A stretch of 64,000 nt of DNA from Trueperaceae bacterium (GTDB taxonomy: Bacteria; Deinococcota; Deinococci; Deinococcales; Trueperaceae). The translations under genes and the position numbers were made by a program. The stretch's first letter is position 1, and every line of letters starts with the position of its first letter. Where the stretch lies: the NCBI GenBank assembly GCA_034520945.1, contig JAXHNB010000010.1, positions 160,001 to 224,000 of the forward strand. The letters are read 5' to 3'. Positions 1 to 9,177 of this stretch are shown here, piece after piece. Under the pieces are notes generated by a model that was not told the origin of the DNA, did no database searches, and was given only the letters and a program-made list of their open reading frames with translations.

Positions 1-2
1 TG

Positions 3-743
3 CCCGGCAGAGGTGACCTGATCTACGCCTTCGAGGGGTGCCTCACCGGCACGGTCGGCATCAACAGCGTCGACGTGCTGGACCTTCAGTACGACGCCGA
101 GCTGTTCGACCTCTGCACCACCTTCGCCGAGGAGGCCAACAGCGACCCCAGCGTGACCATCGGGCTGCCCCAGGAAGACAGCGAGATCTTCGACAGCGAG
201 GAGACCACGCTGCGGGCCAACACCTTCGACAGGGACGACCACGACGTCACCTGCGAGTGGACGTCCAGCCGGGGCGAGGACCCGCTCGCCGGCGTCGGGT
301 GCGAGGGAACCACCACCTTCTCCAGCCTCGGCACGCGCACCCTGACCGTGACCGCCACCGATCCGTTCGGGGCGACCGACACCGACTCCGTCACGGTGGA
401 CGTGGAGGCGGCCCCTTTCATCCTGGTGCAGATCGACCAGCCGACCGAGGACGACGACTTCCGGCCCGATGACACGATCACGCTCGAGGGGTCGGCCCAG
501 GGCGGCACCGAGCCGCACACCCTCGAGTGGTCTGGCGAGATCGAGATGAGCGACGTCCAACAGGTCGACATCGGCACGGGATCCTCGCTCACATGGACGC
601 CGGAGGACGATCTGGCGTTCGACGACTGCTTCCAGGGCGACGACGGCGGGATCTTCGAACTGACCCTGACCGCGACCGACGCTGAGGGCCGCACGGAAGC
701 GCGGTCCATCGAGTTCTTCATCGGCCACATCTGCATCGAGTGA
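3..743 (+). CDS. Exported acidic protein with two tandem PKD/Ig-like domains (5'-partial)
   Basis: Frame is open from base 3. Two repeats end in TLTVTATDPFG and LTLTATDAEG, a PKD/Big-like signature. Very D/E-rich. Confidence 0.65.
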   Translation, partial: PGRGDLIYAFEGCLTGTVGINSVDVLDLQYDAELFDLCTTFAEEANSDPSVTIGLPQEDSEIFDSEETTLRANTFDRDDHDVTCEWTSSRGEDPLAGVGCEGTTTFSSLGTRTLTVTATDPFGATDTDSVTVDVEAAPFILVQIDQPTEDDDFRPDDTITLEGSAQGGTEPHTLEWSGEIEMSDVQQVDIGTGSSLTWTPEDDLAFDDCFQGDDGGIFELTLTATDAEGRTEARSIEFFIGHICIE

Positions 744-905
744 CGGAGGAACCGACGCTCATGCCAACGCGCACGTACGCAATGCCCCGTGACTTACCGG
801 CGCCAGAAGGGGGGGAACTGGCTCAGGCCCACCGACGTGCCTACGGGGTCTAGACCAAGTCCCACGCGTCCTGACGACCATCCGTCCTTGGAAGGAGGAA
901 GACCC

Positions 906-1367
906 ATGAACGCAATTCGATTCGCCCTACCCGCCCTTCTCGCCCTGTCCCTCGCCGCCTGCGCCCCAGGCGCCTACGACGGCAGTAGCGAGGTTTCGAC
1001 CGATGGCTCCTCGGCCTCCGCCAGCGACGCCCCTCCCCCCTGCCCGGACACCATCTCGATCCGCGACTTCGCCTTCGAGCCGGAGGCGTGCAGCGTGCAG
1101 GCGGGCACGACGCTCACCTTCGTCAACGACGACGGCGCGCCCCACACCGCCACCTCGGACGACGGTGCGGCCACCGCCTTCGACACGGGGACCCTGCAGC
1201 CGGGCGACTCGGCCACGATCACGCTGGACACGGCCGGCACGTCTCCCTACCACTGCGACATCCACCCCTCCATGCAGGCCACCATCGTAGTGGTCGACGG
1301 CGGGGACACCAGCGCCCAGGCAGGCGATGACGGAGACGGCGACGACGACGGCGACTCGGGGTACTGA
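906..1367 (+). CDS. Cupredoxin (plastocyanin/azurin-like) lipoprotein
   Basis: RBS GAAGGAGG before ATG 906; lipobox LAAC; type-1 Cu ligands PHTAT and YHCDIHPSM. Confidence 0.9.
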   Translation: MNAIRFALPALLALSLAACAPGAYDGSSEVSTDGSSASASDAPPPCPDTISIRDFAFEPEACSVQAGTTLTFVNDDGAPHTATSDDGAATAFDTGTLQPGDSATITLDTAGTSPYHCDIHPSMQATIVVVDGGDTSAQAGDDGDGDDDGDSGY

Positions 1368-1424
1368 GCCGGTGGGGCCGCGCGCATGGTCGCGCGTCGC
1401 CCCTGGACCAGGAGGAAGCACGCC

Positions 1425-1799
1425 ATGACGAAGCCGAAAAAGCGCGTCCGCGTCCTTCTGCTCGCCGTACTGCTGGCCGTCGGCCTGAGCGGCTGCCAGC
1501 AGACGCCCCCCGGCGACGGAAACGGCAACGGTGGCGGTTCCTGCAGTGGCGGCAGCACCACCAACCTGGCCGACGACACCAGCGAGGCGCGTGTAAACGC
1601 CCAGGACTACCACCACCTAAGCATGCTCAAGCAGCTGAACGCCGGCGATCACGTCGGTCTGTGCGTGGTGCCGGGCACCGTCCACGTGATGTCCGATGGG
1701 TGCTGCGTCGACCCCCGCAGCGTTCCGGTGGCGGGCTCAACGGCCGCATGGGGACGCCCCCCGTGCGGAGCTCGGCACGGGTGTACGCTTGCGCGGTGA
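1425..1799 (+). CDS. Small putative lipoprotein, possibly truncated or chimeric
   Basis: RBS AGGAGG; signal peptide with lipobox LSGC; G/N linker; the C-terminal part loses coherence. Confidence 0.45.
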   Translation: MTKPKKRVRVLLLAVLLAVGLSGCQQTPPGDGNGNGGGSCSGGSTTNLADDTSEARVNAQDYHHLSMLKQLNAGDHVGLCVVPGTVHVMSDGCCVDPRSVPVAGSTAAWGRPPCGARHGCTLAR

Positions 1800-1854
1800 C
1801 GCGCGAACGTTCCGCCGCGACCTTCACGCACGCGCACCGTCCGGGCGGGCCGGC

Positions 1855-3171
1855 ATGAGCACGAACGGCGCCTCGACGCCACCGGGCACCGATACGGACG
1901 GCGCGCCCGCTCGACACAGCCGCCTCGTCGCCCGTTCGCCCGGCTACTACGGCTGGTTCGTCGTCGCGGCCGGCACGCTGGGCGCGATGATGACCACGCC
2001 GGGGCAAACGACCGGCGTGTCCGTGTTCCTGGACCACATCATCGCGGACGTGGGCCTGTCCCGCTCGGGCGTGTCCAGCCTGTACCTGGTCGGCACGCTG
2101 CTGGGCTCGCTGTCGCTGCCGTTCGCCGGTAGGTTCGTCGACCGCAGGGGGCCACGCACGGCGGTGATGGTGTTCGCAGCCGCGTTCGCATTGGCGTGCG
2201 TGTGGATGGGGATCGCCGTGGAGGCCGTGACGCTGTTGATCGGGTTCACGCTGATCCGCGCCCTCGGCCAGGGCGCGCTCACGCTGGTGAGCCAGCACGC
2301 GATCGCGATCTGGTTCGTGCGTAAGCGCGGCATCGCCATCGGCCTGATCGGGGTCGGGACGGCCTTGGCCAGCGCGGTCTTCCCCGTCCTCATCGAGACA
2401 CTGATCGGTTCGTTCGGGTGGCGCGTCTCCTACATGCTGCTCGGGGCCCTCGTCGCCGTCACCATCCTGCCGATCGGCGCGCTGGTGTTCCGGGACCGGC
2501 CCGAAGCGTACGGGCTACGACCGGACGGGGGCGCGCCCGGAACGCCGGACGACGGGGAGGACGCGCCGGCGACGGAGGAGGTGGACTACACGCCGCAGGC
2601 CGCCCGCCGGACCGTGACGTTCTGGTTGTTCGTCACCGGCTTGGCGTTGGCGTCGGGCCTGGGGACAGGCCTGGTGTTCCACCACTTCTCGATCCTGGGC
2701 GAGGGTGGCGTCAGCCGCGCGGACGCGGCATTGGCGTTCGTCTGGTTTGGCGTGGCCTCGGCCAGCAGCAACCTCGGCACCGGCGCGCTGATCCGCAGGG
2801 TGCCGCCCAGGTTCCTGCTGAGCGTGATGCTGGCGATGCTCACCGCCAGTCTGGTGCTGGCCGGCTTCGTGCCTGGGCCGCAGGTGGTGATCGTGTACGG
2901 CCTGCTGCTCGGGGCGCGAACGGGGATGTTCGGTTCACTGGAGGGCAACGTGTTCGCGTACTACTTCGGCCGCCGGGACCTCGGCGCCATCAAGGGCTTC
3001 GCCACCAGCGCGCTGATCGTCGGCTCGGCCGTCGGTCCCCTGATCATGGCTGCGGGCTACGACCTGCTGGGAAGCTACACCGTGACGATGCTCGCGTGCG
3101 CCGTGCCGCCGTTCGCCTTGGCCGTGGTCGCGCCGTTCCTTCGCCTGACCGACGGGACCCGCGTGCGCTGA
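1855..3171 (+). CDS. MFS transporter
   Basis: About 12 hydrophobic segments; motif A GRFVDRRGPR; WFVRKRGIAIG. Confidence 0.9.
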   Translation: MSTNGASTPPGTDTDGAPARHSRLVARSPGYYGWFVVAAGTLGAMMTTPGQTTGVSVFLDHIIADVGLSRSGVSSLYLVGTLLGSLSLPFAGRFVDRRGPRTAVMVFAAAFALACVWMGIAVEAVTLLIGFTLIRALGQGALTLVSQHAIAIWFVRKRGIAIGLIGVGTALASAVFPVLIETLIGSFGWRVSYMLLGALVAVTILPIGALVFRDRPEAYGLRPDGGAPGTPDDGEDAPATEEVDYTPQAARRTVTFWLFVTGLALASGLGTGLVFHHFSILGEGGVSRADAALAFVWFGVASASSNLGTGALIRRVPPRFLLSVMLAMLTASLVLAGFVPGPQVVIVYGLLLGARTGMFGSLEGNVFAYYFGRRDLGAIKGFATSALIVGSAVGPLIMAAGYDLLGSYTVTMLACAVPPFALAVVAPFLRLTDGTRVR

Positions 3172-3230
3172 ACGCGCGTTGCACGCACCGACCCACGAGG
3201 CGGCACCATCGGGTAGCGTGCTGCGTGACC

Positions 3231-4565
3231 ATGCAAACCGTCGTCCCCCAACCCCGGGAAGCGCGCCAGAGCGTCCATCGCCGCCGCAACGTGTTCGTCG
3301 TCGGCATGGACGAGTACCAACGCACGCGTCTGGCCGGCTTGACCGAAGCCGCCGACTGCCGGTTCCATACGCTGTTGCCCATGAACCGGCTCCGCGGCGT
3401 GACGGATCTTCCGGTCGCCGACCTGATCGACGAGGCGGAACGCCGCTTGGACGAGTTCGGCGACGACGTCGACGCCATCCTCAGCTTCCTCGACTTCCCG
3501 GCCATCGAGATCGCCACCCTGCTGCAGTGGCGGCACGATCTTCGAGGGCCGACGCTGGAGGCGATCCTCCGCTGCAACCACAAGTACTGGAGTCGCCGGT
3601 TGCAGGCCGAGGTCGCCCCGGAGTGCATCCCCCCGTTCGGCTGTTTCGATCCGTTCGACGACGGTGCGTACGGCCGGCTCGACGTGCCGGTGCCGATGTG
3701 GATCAAGCCGCTCAACGGCTGGCGGTCGCACCTGGGGTTCCGCGTGGCCAGTGAAGCGGACTTCCGTGCCGGTTCGGCGGCGATCGCGGCGGAGATGGAC
3801 CGCTTGTCGGAGCCGCTGGAGTACTTCATGGCGCGCGCCGAGATTCCCGACGCGGTGGCGCGCCTCGGTTCGCGGGTCGCCCTGGCCGAGGGCATCATCG
3901 GCGGGGCGCAGTGCACGGTCGAAGGGTACGTGTTCGACGGCGAGCCGCACGCCTACGGCGTGGTCGACTCGATCCGCGAGCCCAACCGCTCCACGTTCCA
4001 GCGCTACCAGTACCCCTCGCGTCTGCCCGAGGAGGTGCGGGACCGCATGGGGGACGTCGCCTGCCGGGTGATGTCTCGGATCGGCTTCGACAACGGCGCG
4101 TTCAACATGGAGTTCTTCTACGACCGCGCGCACGACCAGGTGTGGTTGCTGGAGATCAACCCGCGCCTGTCCCTGTCGCATTGCGAGCTGTTCGAGCGGG
4201 TGGACGGCCTCAGCCATCAGATCGTGGCAGTGGACATCGCGCTGGGTCGCCGGCCGCGGCTCACGCCCGGCCAAGGGGCGTACAAGGCGGCGGCGAAGTG
4301 CTTCATTCGCGCACACGCCGATGCGCGGGTCGAGCGAGTCCCCTCGGCGGAGGAGCTCGCCGCCGTGGAACATGCCGTACCCGGCACCACCATCGAACTG
4401 GACGTCGAACCGGGTATGCGCTTGTCCGACCTGACCGACCAGGACAGCTACTCCTACGAACTGGGCGCCGTCTGGATCGGGGGCGAGGACACGCACGAAC
4501 TGAACGAGAAGTACGATGAGGTGCTGGGGCGGTTGAACCTGCGTTTGAGCGACGACGCGTCGTGA
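3231..4565 (+). CDS. ATP-grasp domain protein (putative amide/peptide ligase)
   Basis: HKYWSR, MWIKP, FNMEFF and WLLEINPRLS motifs. Alternative in-frame GTG at 3225. Confidence 0.85.
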   Translation: MQTVVPQPREARQSVHRRRNVFVVGMDEYQRTRLAGLTEAADCRFHTLLPMNRLRGVTDLPVADLIDEAERRLDEFGDDVDAILSFLDFPAIEIATLLQWRHDLRGPTLEAILRCNHKYWSRRLQAEVAPECIPPFGCFDPFDDGAYGRLDVPVPMWIKPLNGWRSHLGFRVASEADFRAGSAAIAAEMDRLSEPLEYFMARAEIPDAVARLGSRVALAEGIIGGAQCTVEGYVFDGEPHAYGVVDSIREPNRSTFQRYQYPSRLPEEVRDRMGDVACRVMSRIGFDNGAFNMEFFYDRAHDQVWLLEINPRLSLSHCELFERVDGLSHQIVAVDIALGRRPRLTPGQGAYKAAAKCFIRAHADARVERVPSAEELAAVEHAVPGTTIELDVEPGMRLSDLTDQDSYSYELGAVWIGGEDTHELNEKYDEVLGRLNLRLSDDAS

Positions 4566-4574
4566 CGTGACGCA

Positions 4575-4611
4575 GCGAAGGGCCCGAGGTTCGAGACCTC
4601 GGGCCCTTCGC
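4575..4611. terminator. Perfect 16-bp stem hairpin between convergent genes
   Basis: GCGAAGGGCCCGAGGT-TCGAG-ACCTCGGGCCCTTCGC directly after the ATP-grasp stop. Confidence 0.75.
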
Positions 4612-4652
4612 GTTCGCCGCTGCAGGGGCGTATGCCAGCCGCGTCGGCCGGA

Positions 4653-6015
4653 TCAATCGAACAGGCCCGGGCCGTCCGGCGGGATGCACATGATCATCGT
4701 GTAGTCCAGCCGGCCCCACGCGTCCCCTTCGGGCGATTCGAAGCCGTACTGGTAGCGCGTTCGGGCTTCCAGGCCGTCCACCAGCGCGTTGCCCAACTGG
4801 AGCGATTCGCGTGCGGGGGTGACGCTGAAGTCGGTCAGGAGCCGTCGCGCCAGGTCTTCCTCGCCGGCGTCCAGCAGGTGCTGGACGCTCGGTTCGAGGC
4901 CGACCATGGCATCCGCCGTCTGCGCCTCGAATCCTGCCAGCGTCGCCTGCACGTCGTGCAAGAACTCCTCCGGCCGGGCACAGGTGTAGTACAGCAGCCG
5001 CTTGAACGTCCGCGTCGCGAATTCGCTGGCCTCCTGGTGCTGGTAGTCCTCGGTGAGGAACACCGTGGCGGCGTCCTTGTGCATGTAACGGTGCCAACCG
5101 AATTCGGGGGGAACCTCGTTCGAGCCGATGTAGTACGGCACGAACGGGGTGGTCACGGAGCTGGTCGGCGCCACCCACAACACGCCGAGGTCTCGCGGGA
5201 AGTCGGGCCGCAGGTGTGCGACCTGGTCGCAACCGGTGGAGTCGCCCGACAGCGCGGGCGTACGAACCAGCGCCTGCATCCCTTCCAGCGTCACGGGTGC
5301 CATCTCGCGCACGCGCTCCTCGAAGTCGGCGATGGTGGGTCCGTCGAGGCGGAACAGCGGCTGTTGACGGCCCTGTCCGTTTCCGTACACCGCGTTGACG
5401 TTGAACGGCTCGCCGGCGTCGGGGTCGTACCAGCCTTGCTCCACCGCGAACGAGATCAGGTTGTCGGACCCCATGTAGTCGGGGTGCTCCTGGTAGTTGT
5501 CGGGGATCTCCAGGATGTAGCCGGGGTACGACAGTCGCACGTCGTCGCAGCCGACGCGTTCGGCGACCCACAGGCCTTGGCTGCCGGCCATCTGCTTCAT
5601 GACCCAGCCTTCCTGGGCATCGGCGAAGAAGTGCGAGTTGCCGCCGTAGGTACTGAAGCCGTACTCGTCGATCAGCGAGGCGACGATCTCGACCGCTTCG
5701 CGGGCACTGGTGGCGCGGTCCATGGCGATGCGGGCCAGGTCGCTGTACTGCGGCCCCGTTTGCGGCGTCTCGGTCATGTCGACGAGTTCCTGGCGGGACG
5801 GTGACCAGATATCGCGTCCCGCCACGTGGTGTTCGCTCAGGCCCCGTTCGTCAAGGGAGCCGGAAACCCTTCGTAGTCGGAGTAGTCGCTGCTGATGAAC
5901 TTCGCGGTCTCCTCGACCTGCGGGATCTCGATCGGCTCGCCAGGGATGGCCGCGTCCGCGGTGACGCCCTTTTGGATGGTGGCGTCCGGCGGGTGTTGCG
6001 CGCGCGGCACGGTTC
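4653..6015 (-). pseudogene. C69-family (secernin/dipeptidase-like, Ntn-hydrolase) peptidase, frameshifted and N-terminally truncated
   Basis: ORF 4653-5825 has SDLARIAMDRATSAREAVEI and YGGNSHFFADAQEGWV. The upstream frame (PRAQHPP...APLTNG) joins GLSEHHVAGRD if one G is added to the run at about 5842-5845. No N-terminal catalytic Cys or signal peptide is visible upstream. Confidence 0.65.
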
Positions 6016-6262
6016 GTGCACGAACGAGGCCCGCAACCTGTCGTGGATCCGATTCAATATCGACGCGTACCGCGGCCCGGTTGGTAGAGCGAAAGCGCAC
6101 CTTGGGCCGAAGAAAACCCTAGAACGAAGGATTGCATCGGCGGCATCCGGAGATCGGCGGTCGGGCCTCCTGGCGCTACCTCCGGGCGCCGCGCCGCGGC
6201 GGCACGGCACGCCTGCGTGGGCCACGCGGGGGCGCGTAAGGATCTCGTGACCCACCCCCGGC

Positions 6263-6268
6263 TACCGT
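6263..6268 (+). promoter_or_regulatory. Putative -10 box for a leaderless transcript
   Basis: TACCGT lies 6 nt upstream of GTG 6275 and there is no SD sequence. Confidence 0.45.
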
Positions 6269-6274
6269 CCCGTC

Positions 6275-8242
6275 GTGATTTCGCCGCCGTCCCTCGACCC
6301 CATCCCGCGACCCGACGCGAGCGAGGCGCGTTACGCGCTGAAGTGGCGCAAGACGCTCCTCCTCGCCATCCCGTTCGGGGCAGCAGCGTTCCTCGCCGGG
6401 TGGGCCCTGGAGGTCCCCAGCGGCCAAGCCACGACGTTCGACATGGTGGCCTACCCGGTCATGGGGTTCCTGATGCTGGCCCTCGAAGGCCTGCTGGCCC
6501 TCGACCGACGGGCCCTGACCACGGTCGTGATCGGCATTATCGCGGGCGCCAGCACCTTCTTCGTCGCCAAGCTCGGGTGGTTGCTGTTCGGGGGTCACAC
6601 GGACGTCGGCATTCAGGCGCAGTTGACCGAGACGTTCTTCTGGATTCCCGTCGTGTACCTGCTTTCGTTCGTGTTGGCCAAGGTTCGCGCGGGACGCTAC
6701 ATCGTGGTCGCGTTCACGGCAGCCGTCCTCGGCCTCAGCGTGGCGTACGCCCTCCCCCACGCCATGGCGGGCACCTCGTGGGGCGTGACGTACGCGTTGA
6801 TCGAGCTGAACCTGGCGAACACGGTCCTGTTGGCCCTGACCTCCGCCTTCATCAGCTTCAAGGAGGACTACACGCGAACCCAGGCGCGGATGGACGAGGC
6901 GGAACGCTTCGCGTACACGGACTCGCTCACCGGCCTGCCGAACCGGCCGCAGCTGAAGATCGACCTGGAGCATCGCCTCGCCAACGCCCGGGCGCGCGGC
7001 ACCCACCTGGCCGTCCTGTTCCTCGACATCGACGGCTTCAAGGTGATCAACGACACCGTGGGCCACGAGGCGGGCGACGAGCTGTTGCGGCAGTTCGCCG
7101 CGCGCCTGCAGGCCGAAATCCGCCGCGGCGACGTCTTCGCCCGGATCAGCGGCGACGAGTTCGTGGTCCTCCTCGACGACGTCGGCTCGCCCCAGACCGC
7201 CCTGTTCGTGGCGCGCAAGCTGCAGGCCGCGCTGGTCGAACCGTTCACGCTGGACGGTCACGCCCATCACGTCACCGCCAGCATCGGCGCGTGCATTCAC
7301 CCGCACGACGCCGACGATGCGGCGACGTTGCTGCAGCACGCCGACGCCGCGATGTACCGCGTCAAGCGTTCCGGCAAGAACGGCGTGCAGCGCTACCGCG
7401 ACGACTCCGACGCGCAGGTGGAGCGGCAACGGGCGCTGGAACGCGAACTTCGCAAGGCGCTGTCCGCCGGGCAAATCTCGCTGGTGTACCAGCCGTTGCA
7501 CGACCTCGGGACCGGTGCGGTCCGCAAGGTCGAAGCCTTGCTGCGTTGGCACCACCCGCACTGGGGGCACGTGTCGCCCGCAGAGTTCGTACCTATCGCC
7601 GAGCGGAGCGGGCTGATCGTCGGCTTGGGCGAGTGGGTGTTGCGGGAGGCCTGCCGGCAGGCGAAGGCGTGGTCGCGCCAGTCGGGGGAGGATCTCACGG
7701 TGTGCGTCAACGTCTCCCCCATGCAGTTCGCCCATCCCGGCTTCTACCGGACGGTGGAGGCGGCGCTCGAGGAACACGCCCTGATGCCGGAGTGCCTGGA
7801 GCTCGAGCTGACGGAGGGGATCGTCATGCACGGCGTCGAGCACGTTCACGAGACCCTGGACCGCCTGCAGCGCCTGGGCGTCCACATCGCCATCGACGAT
7901 TTCGGCACCGGCTACTCGTCGTTCGCCTACCTGCGCGACATGCCGATCGACACCGTCAAGATCGACCGCAGCTTCGTGCGGGACCTGGGGTCCCCGCTTC
8001 ATGCGCCGCAGTTCGCGTTGGCGTTGGTCGAAGCGATCACGCACCTCGCGTCGCACCTCGACCTGCAGATCGTCGCCGAAGGGGTCGAGACCGACGCCCA
8101 ACGCCGCGTCGTGAGCGACCTGGGTTGCCACCTGGGCCAGGGGTACTACTTCTCCAAGCCGATGCCGCCCCCCGACGTCGAGCCGTACCTGTACCTCTCA
8201 AGCCGCCAAGGAGGCGTGACGGCGGGGCCGCTAGTCAACTGA
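6275..8242 (+). CDS. Membrane-anchored GGDEF-EAL protein (diguanylate cyclase/phosphodiesterase)
   Basis: About 6 N-terminal TM helices; TDSLTGLPNR; RRGD I-site then SGDEF; EALLRW, DDFGTGYSS, KIDRSF, AEGVE, GQGY. Confidence 0.95.
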   Translation: MISPPSLDPIPRPDASEARYALKWRKTLLLAIPFGAAAFLAGWALEVPSGQATTFDMVAYPVMGFLMLALEGLLALDRRALTTVVIGIIAGASTFFVAKLGWLLFGGHTDVGIQAQLTETFFWIPVVYLLSFVLAKVRAGRYIVVAFTAAVLGLSVAYALPHAMAGTSWGVTYALIELNLANTVLLALTSAFISFKEDYTRTQARMDEAERFAYTDSLTGLPNRPQLKIDLEHRLANARARGTHLAVLFLDIDGFKVINDTVGHEAGDELLRQFAARLQAEIRRGDVFARISGDEFVVLLDDVGSPQTALFVARKLQAALVEPFTLDGHAHHVTASIGACIHPHDADDAATLLQHADAAMYRVKRSGKNGVQRYRDDSDAQVERQRALERELRKALSAGQISLVYQPLHDLGTGAVRKVEALLRWHHPHWGHVSPAEFVPIAERSGLIVGLGEWVLREACRQAKAWSRQSGEDLTVCVNVSPMQFAHPGFYRTVEAALEEHALMPECLELELTEGIVMHGVEHVHETLDRLQRLGVHIAIDDFGTGYSSFAYLRDMPIDTVKIDRSFVRDLGSPLHAPQFALALVEAITHLASHLDLQIVAEGVETDAQRRVVSDLGCHLGQGYYFSKPMPPPDVEPYLYLSSRQGGVTAGPLVN

Positions 8243-9112
8243 CGTCAGCCACAACGTCATCCCGCCTACGCGCCGATCGCCGGCGATGGCCTCGCACGCG
8301 TAGCGGTCGCCCGTCGCCTCGTCCTCTTCGGAGCGAGGCGGTTCGGGGTCCGCCCGGAAGCGCACCGCTTCGCCAGCCCAGGCCAGGTCGCTGGCGCTCA
8401 CCTCGCCGCGCACGACCCGGTACGGCTGGGGTGGGTCGCCGTAGAGCCGTCCCGCCAGGTACGACAGTTGCCCCATGAGGACCGCCACGGGCAGGGCTGG
8501 GTAGCCGCCGAAGTGCCCCGCGCACGCGGAGGCCGGAATCTCCTTCACCACCTGCTCTGCCCCGTCGCCGTCCCGCGTCCAGCAGGACGTCAGCAGCGCT
8601 TCGTACGGGTTCGGCCCGGCCGGCGTCGTCAACGCGCGGTGCCGGAACAGGCGTTGGAACGCCGACTCGGTGAGGATGGTGTATTCGATGCGGAACGAGG
8701 CCAGTGCGGCGTCGGCGGCGGTCGCCGTCACGGACGCCGTGCACGCGCGTTTGCTGGTCTCGAGCAGTTCACTGGAGAACCGCACCGGCGTTCCGTACGG
8801 TGCTTCGTTGGGCTGGTAGCGGCACTCGGCGTGCCGTGCCAGGTAGTAGCGACGCCGGTCGTCGGGCTGCGCGCTGGCCGCGTGACACAGGCCGGTGATG
8901 GCGGCGTGCCGCCCCAGTTCGGCCGCGGGCATGGGCCCGTGCTCGCGAAACGGCGGCGATTCGGCCTGCGCCGTGGCGGAGAGGTAGAGGCCTTCCAGGG
9001 ACAAATCGCGGAGTGCGAAGTACGGCGGTTGCACGCCGATGCGTTGGAGAAGGTCGTGCTGGGCCTGGCGGCGAGATACGTGGGTCGTGGTGCGCTGTCC
9101 GATGTGTGGCAT
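8231..9112 (-). CDS. Double hotdog-fold protein (AfsA/FabA-like), function unknown
   Basis: C-terminal half has the FabA/FabZ-like GHFGGYPALPVAVL. N-terminal half has HGPMPAAELGRH and YTILTESAFQRL, reminiscent of the AfsA ExxR and YxRL motifs. Overlaps the GGDEF-EAL 3' end by 12 nt. Confidence 0.6.
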   Translation of the reverse strand: MPHIGQRTTTHVSRRQAQHDLLQRIGVQPPYFALRDLSLEGLYLSATAQAESPPFREHGPMPAAELGRHAAITGLCHAASAQPDDRRRYYLARHAECRYQPNEAPYGTPVRFSSELLETSKRACTASVTATAADAALASFRIEYTILTESAFQRLFRHRALTTPAGPNPYEALLTSCWTRDGDGAEQVVKEIPASACAGHFGGYPALPVAVLMGQLSYLAGRLYGDPPQPYRVVRGEVSASDLAWAGEAVRFRADPEPPRSEEDEATGDRYACEAIAGDRRVGGMTLWLTSVD

Positions 9113-9177
9113 GACACAGAGCGTATCCTTGGCGGGTCCGGCGACCCGATGAACATTTCGTGATCAGGGCGCCACGT

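Noticed and set aside
4586..4600. GAGGTTCGAGACCTC resembling a tRNA T-arm or att-site remnant
   Set aside because: It is fully explained as the apex of the 16-bp terminator hairpin, and no integrase is nearby.
6071..6100. GGTTGGTAGAGC resembling a tRNA D-arm
   Set aside because: No T-loop, acceptor stem or cloverleaf follows.
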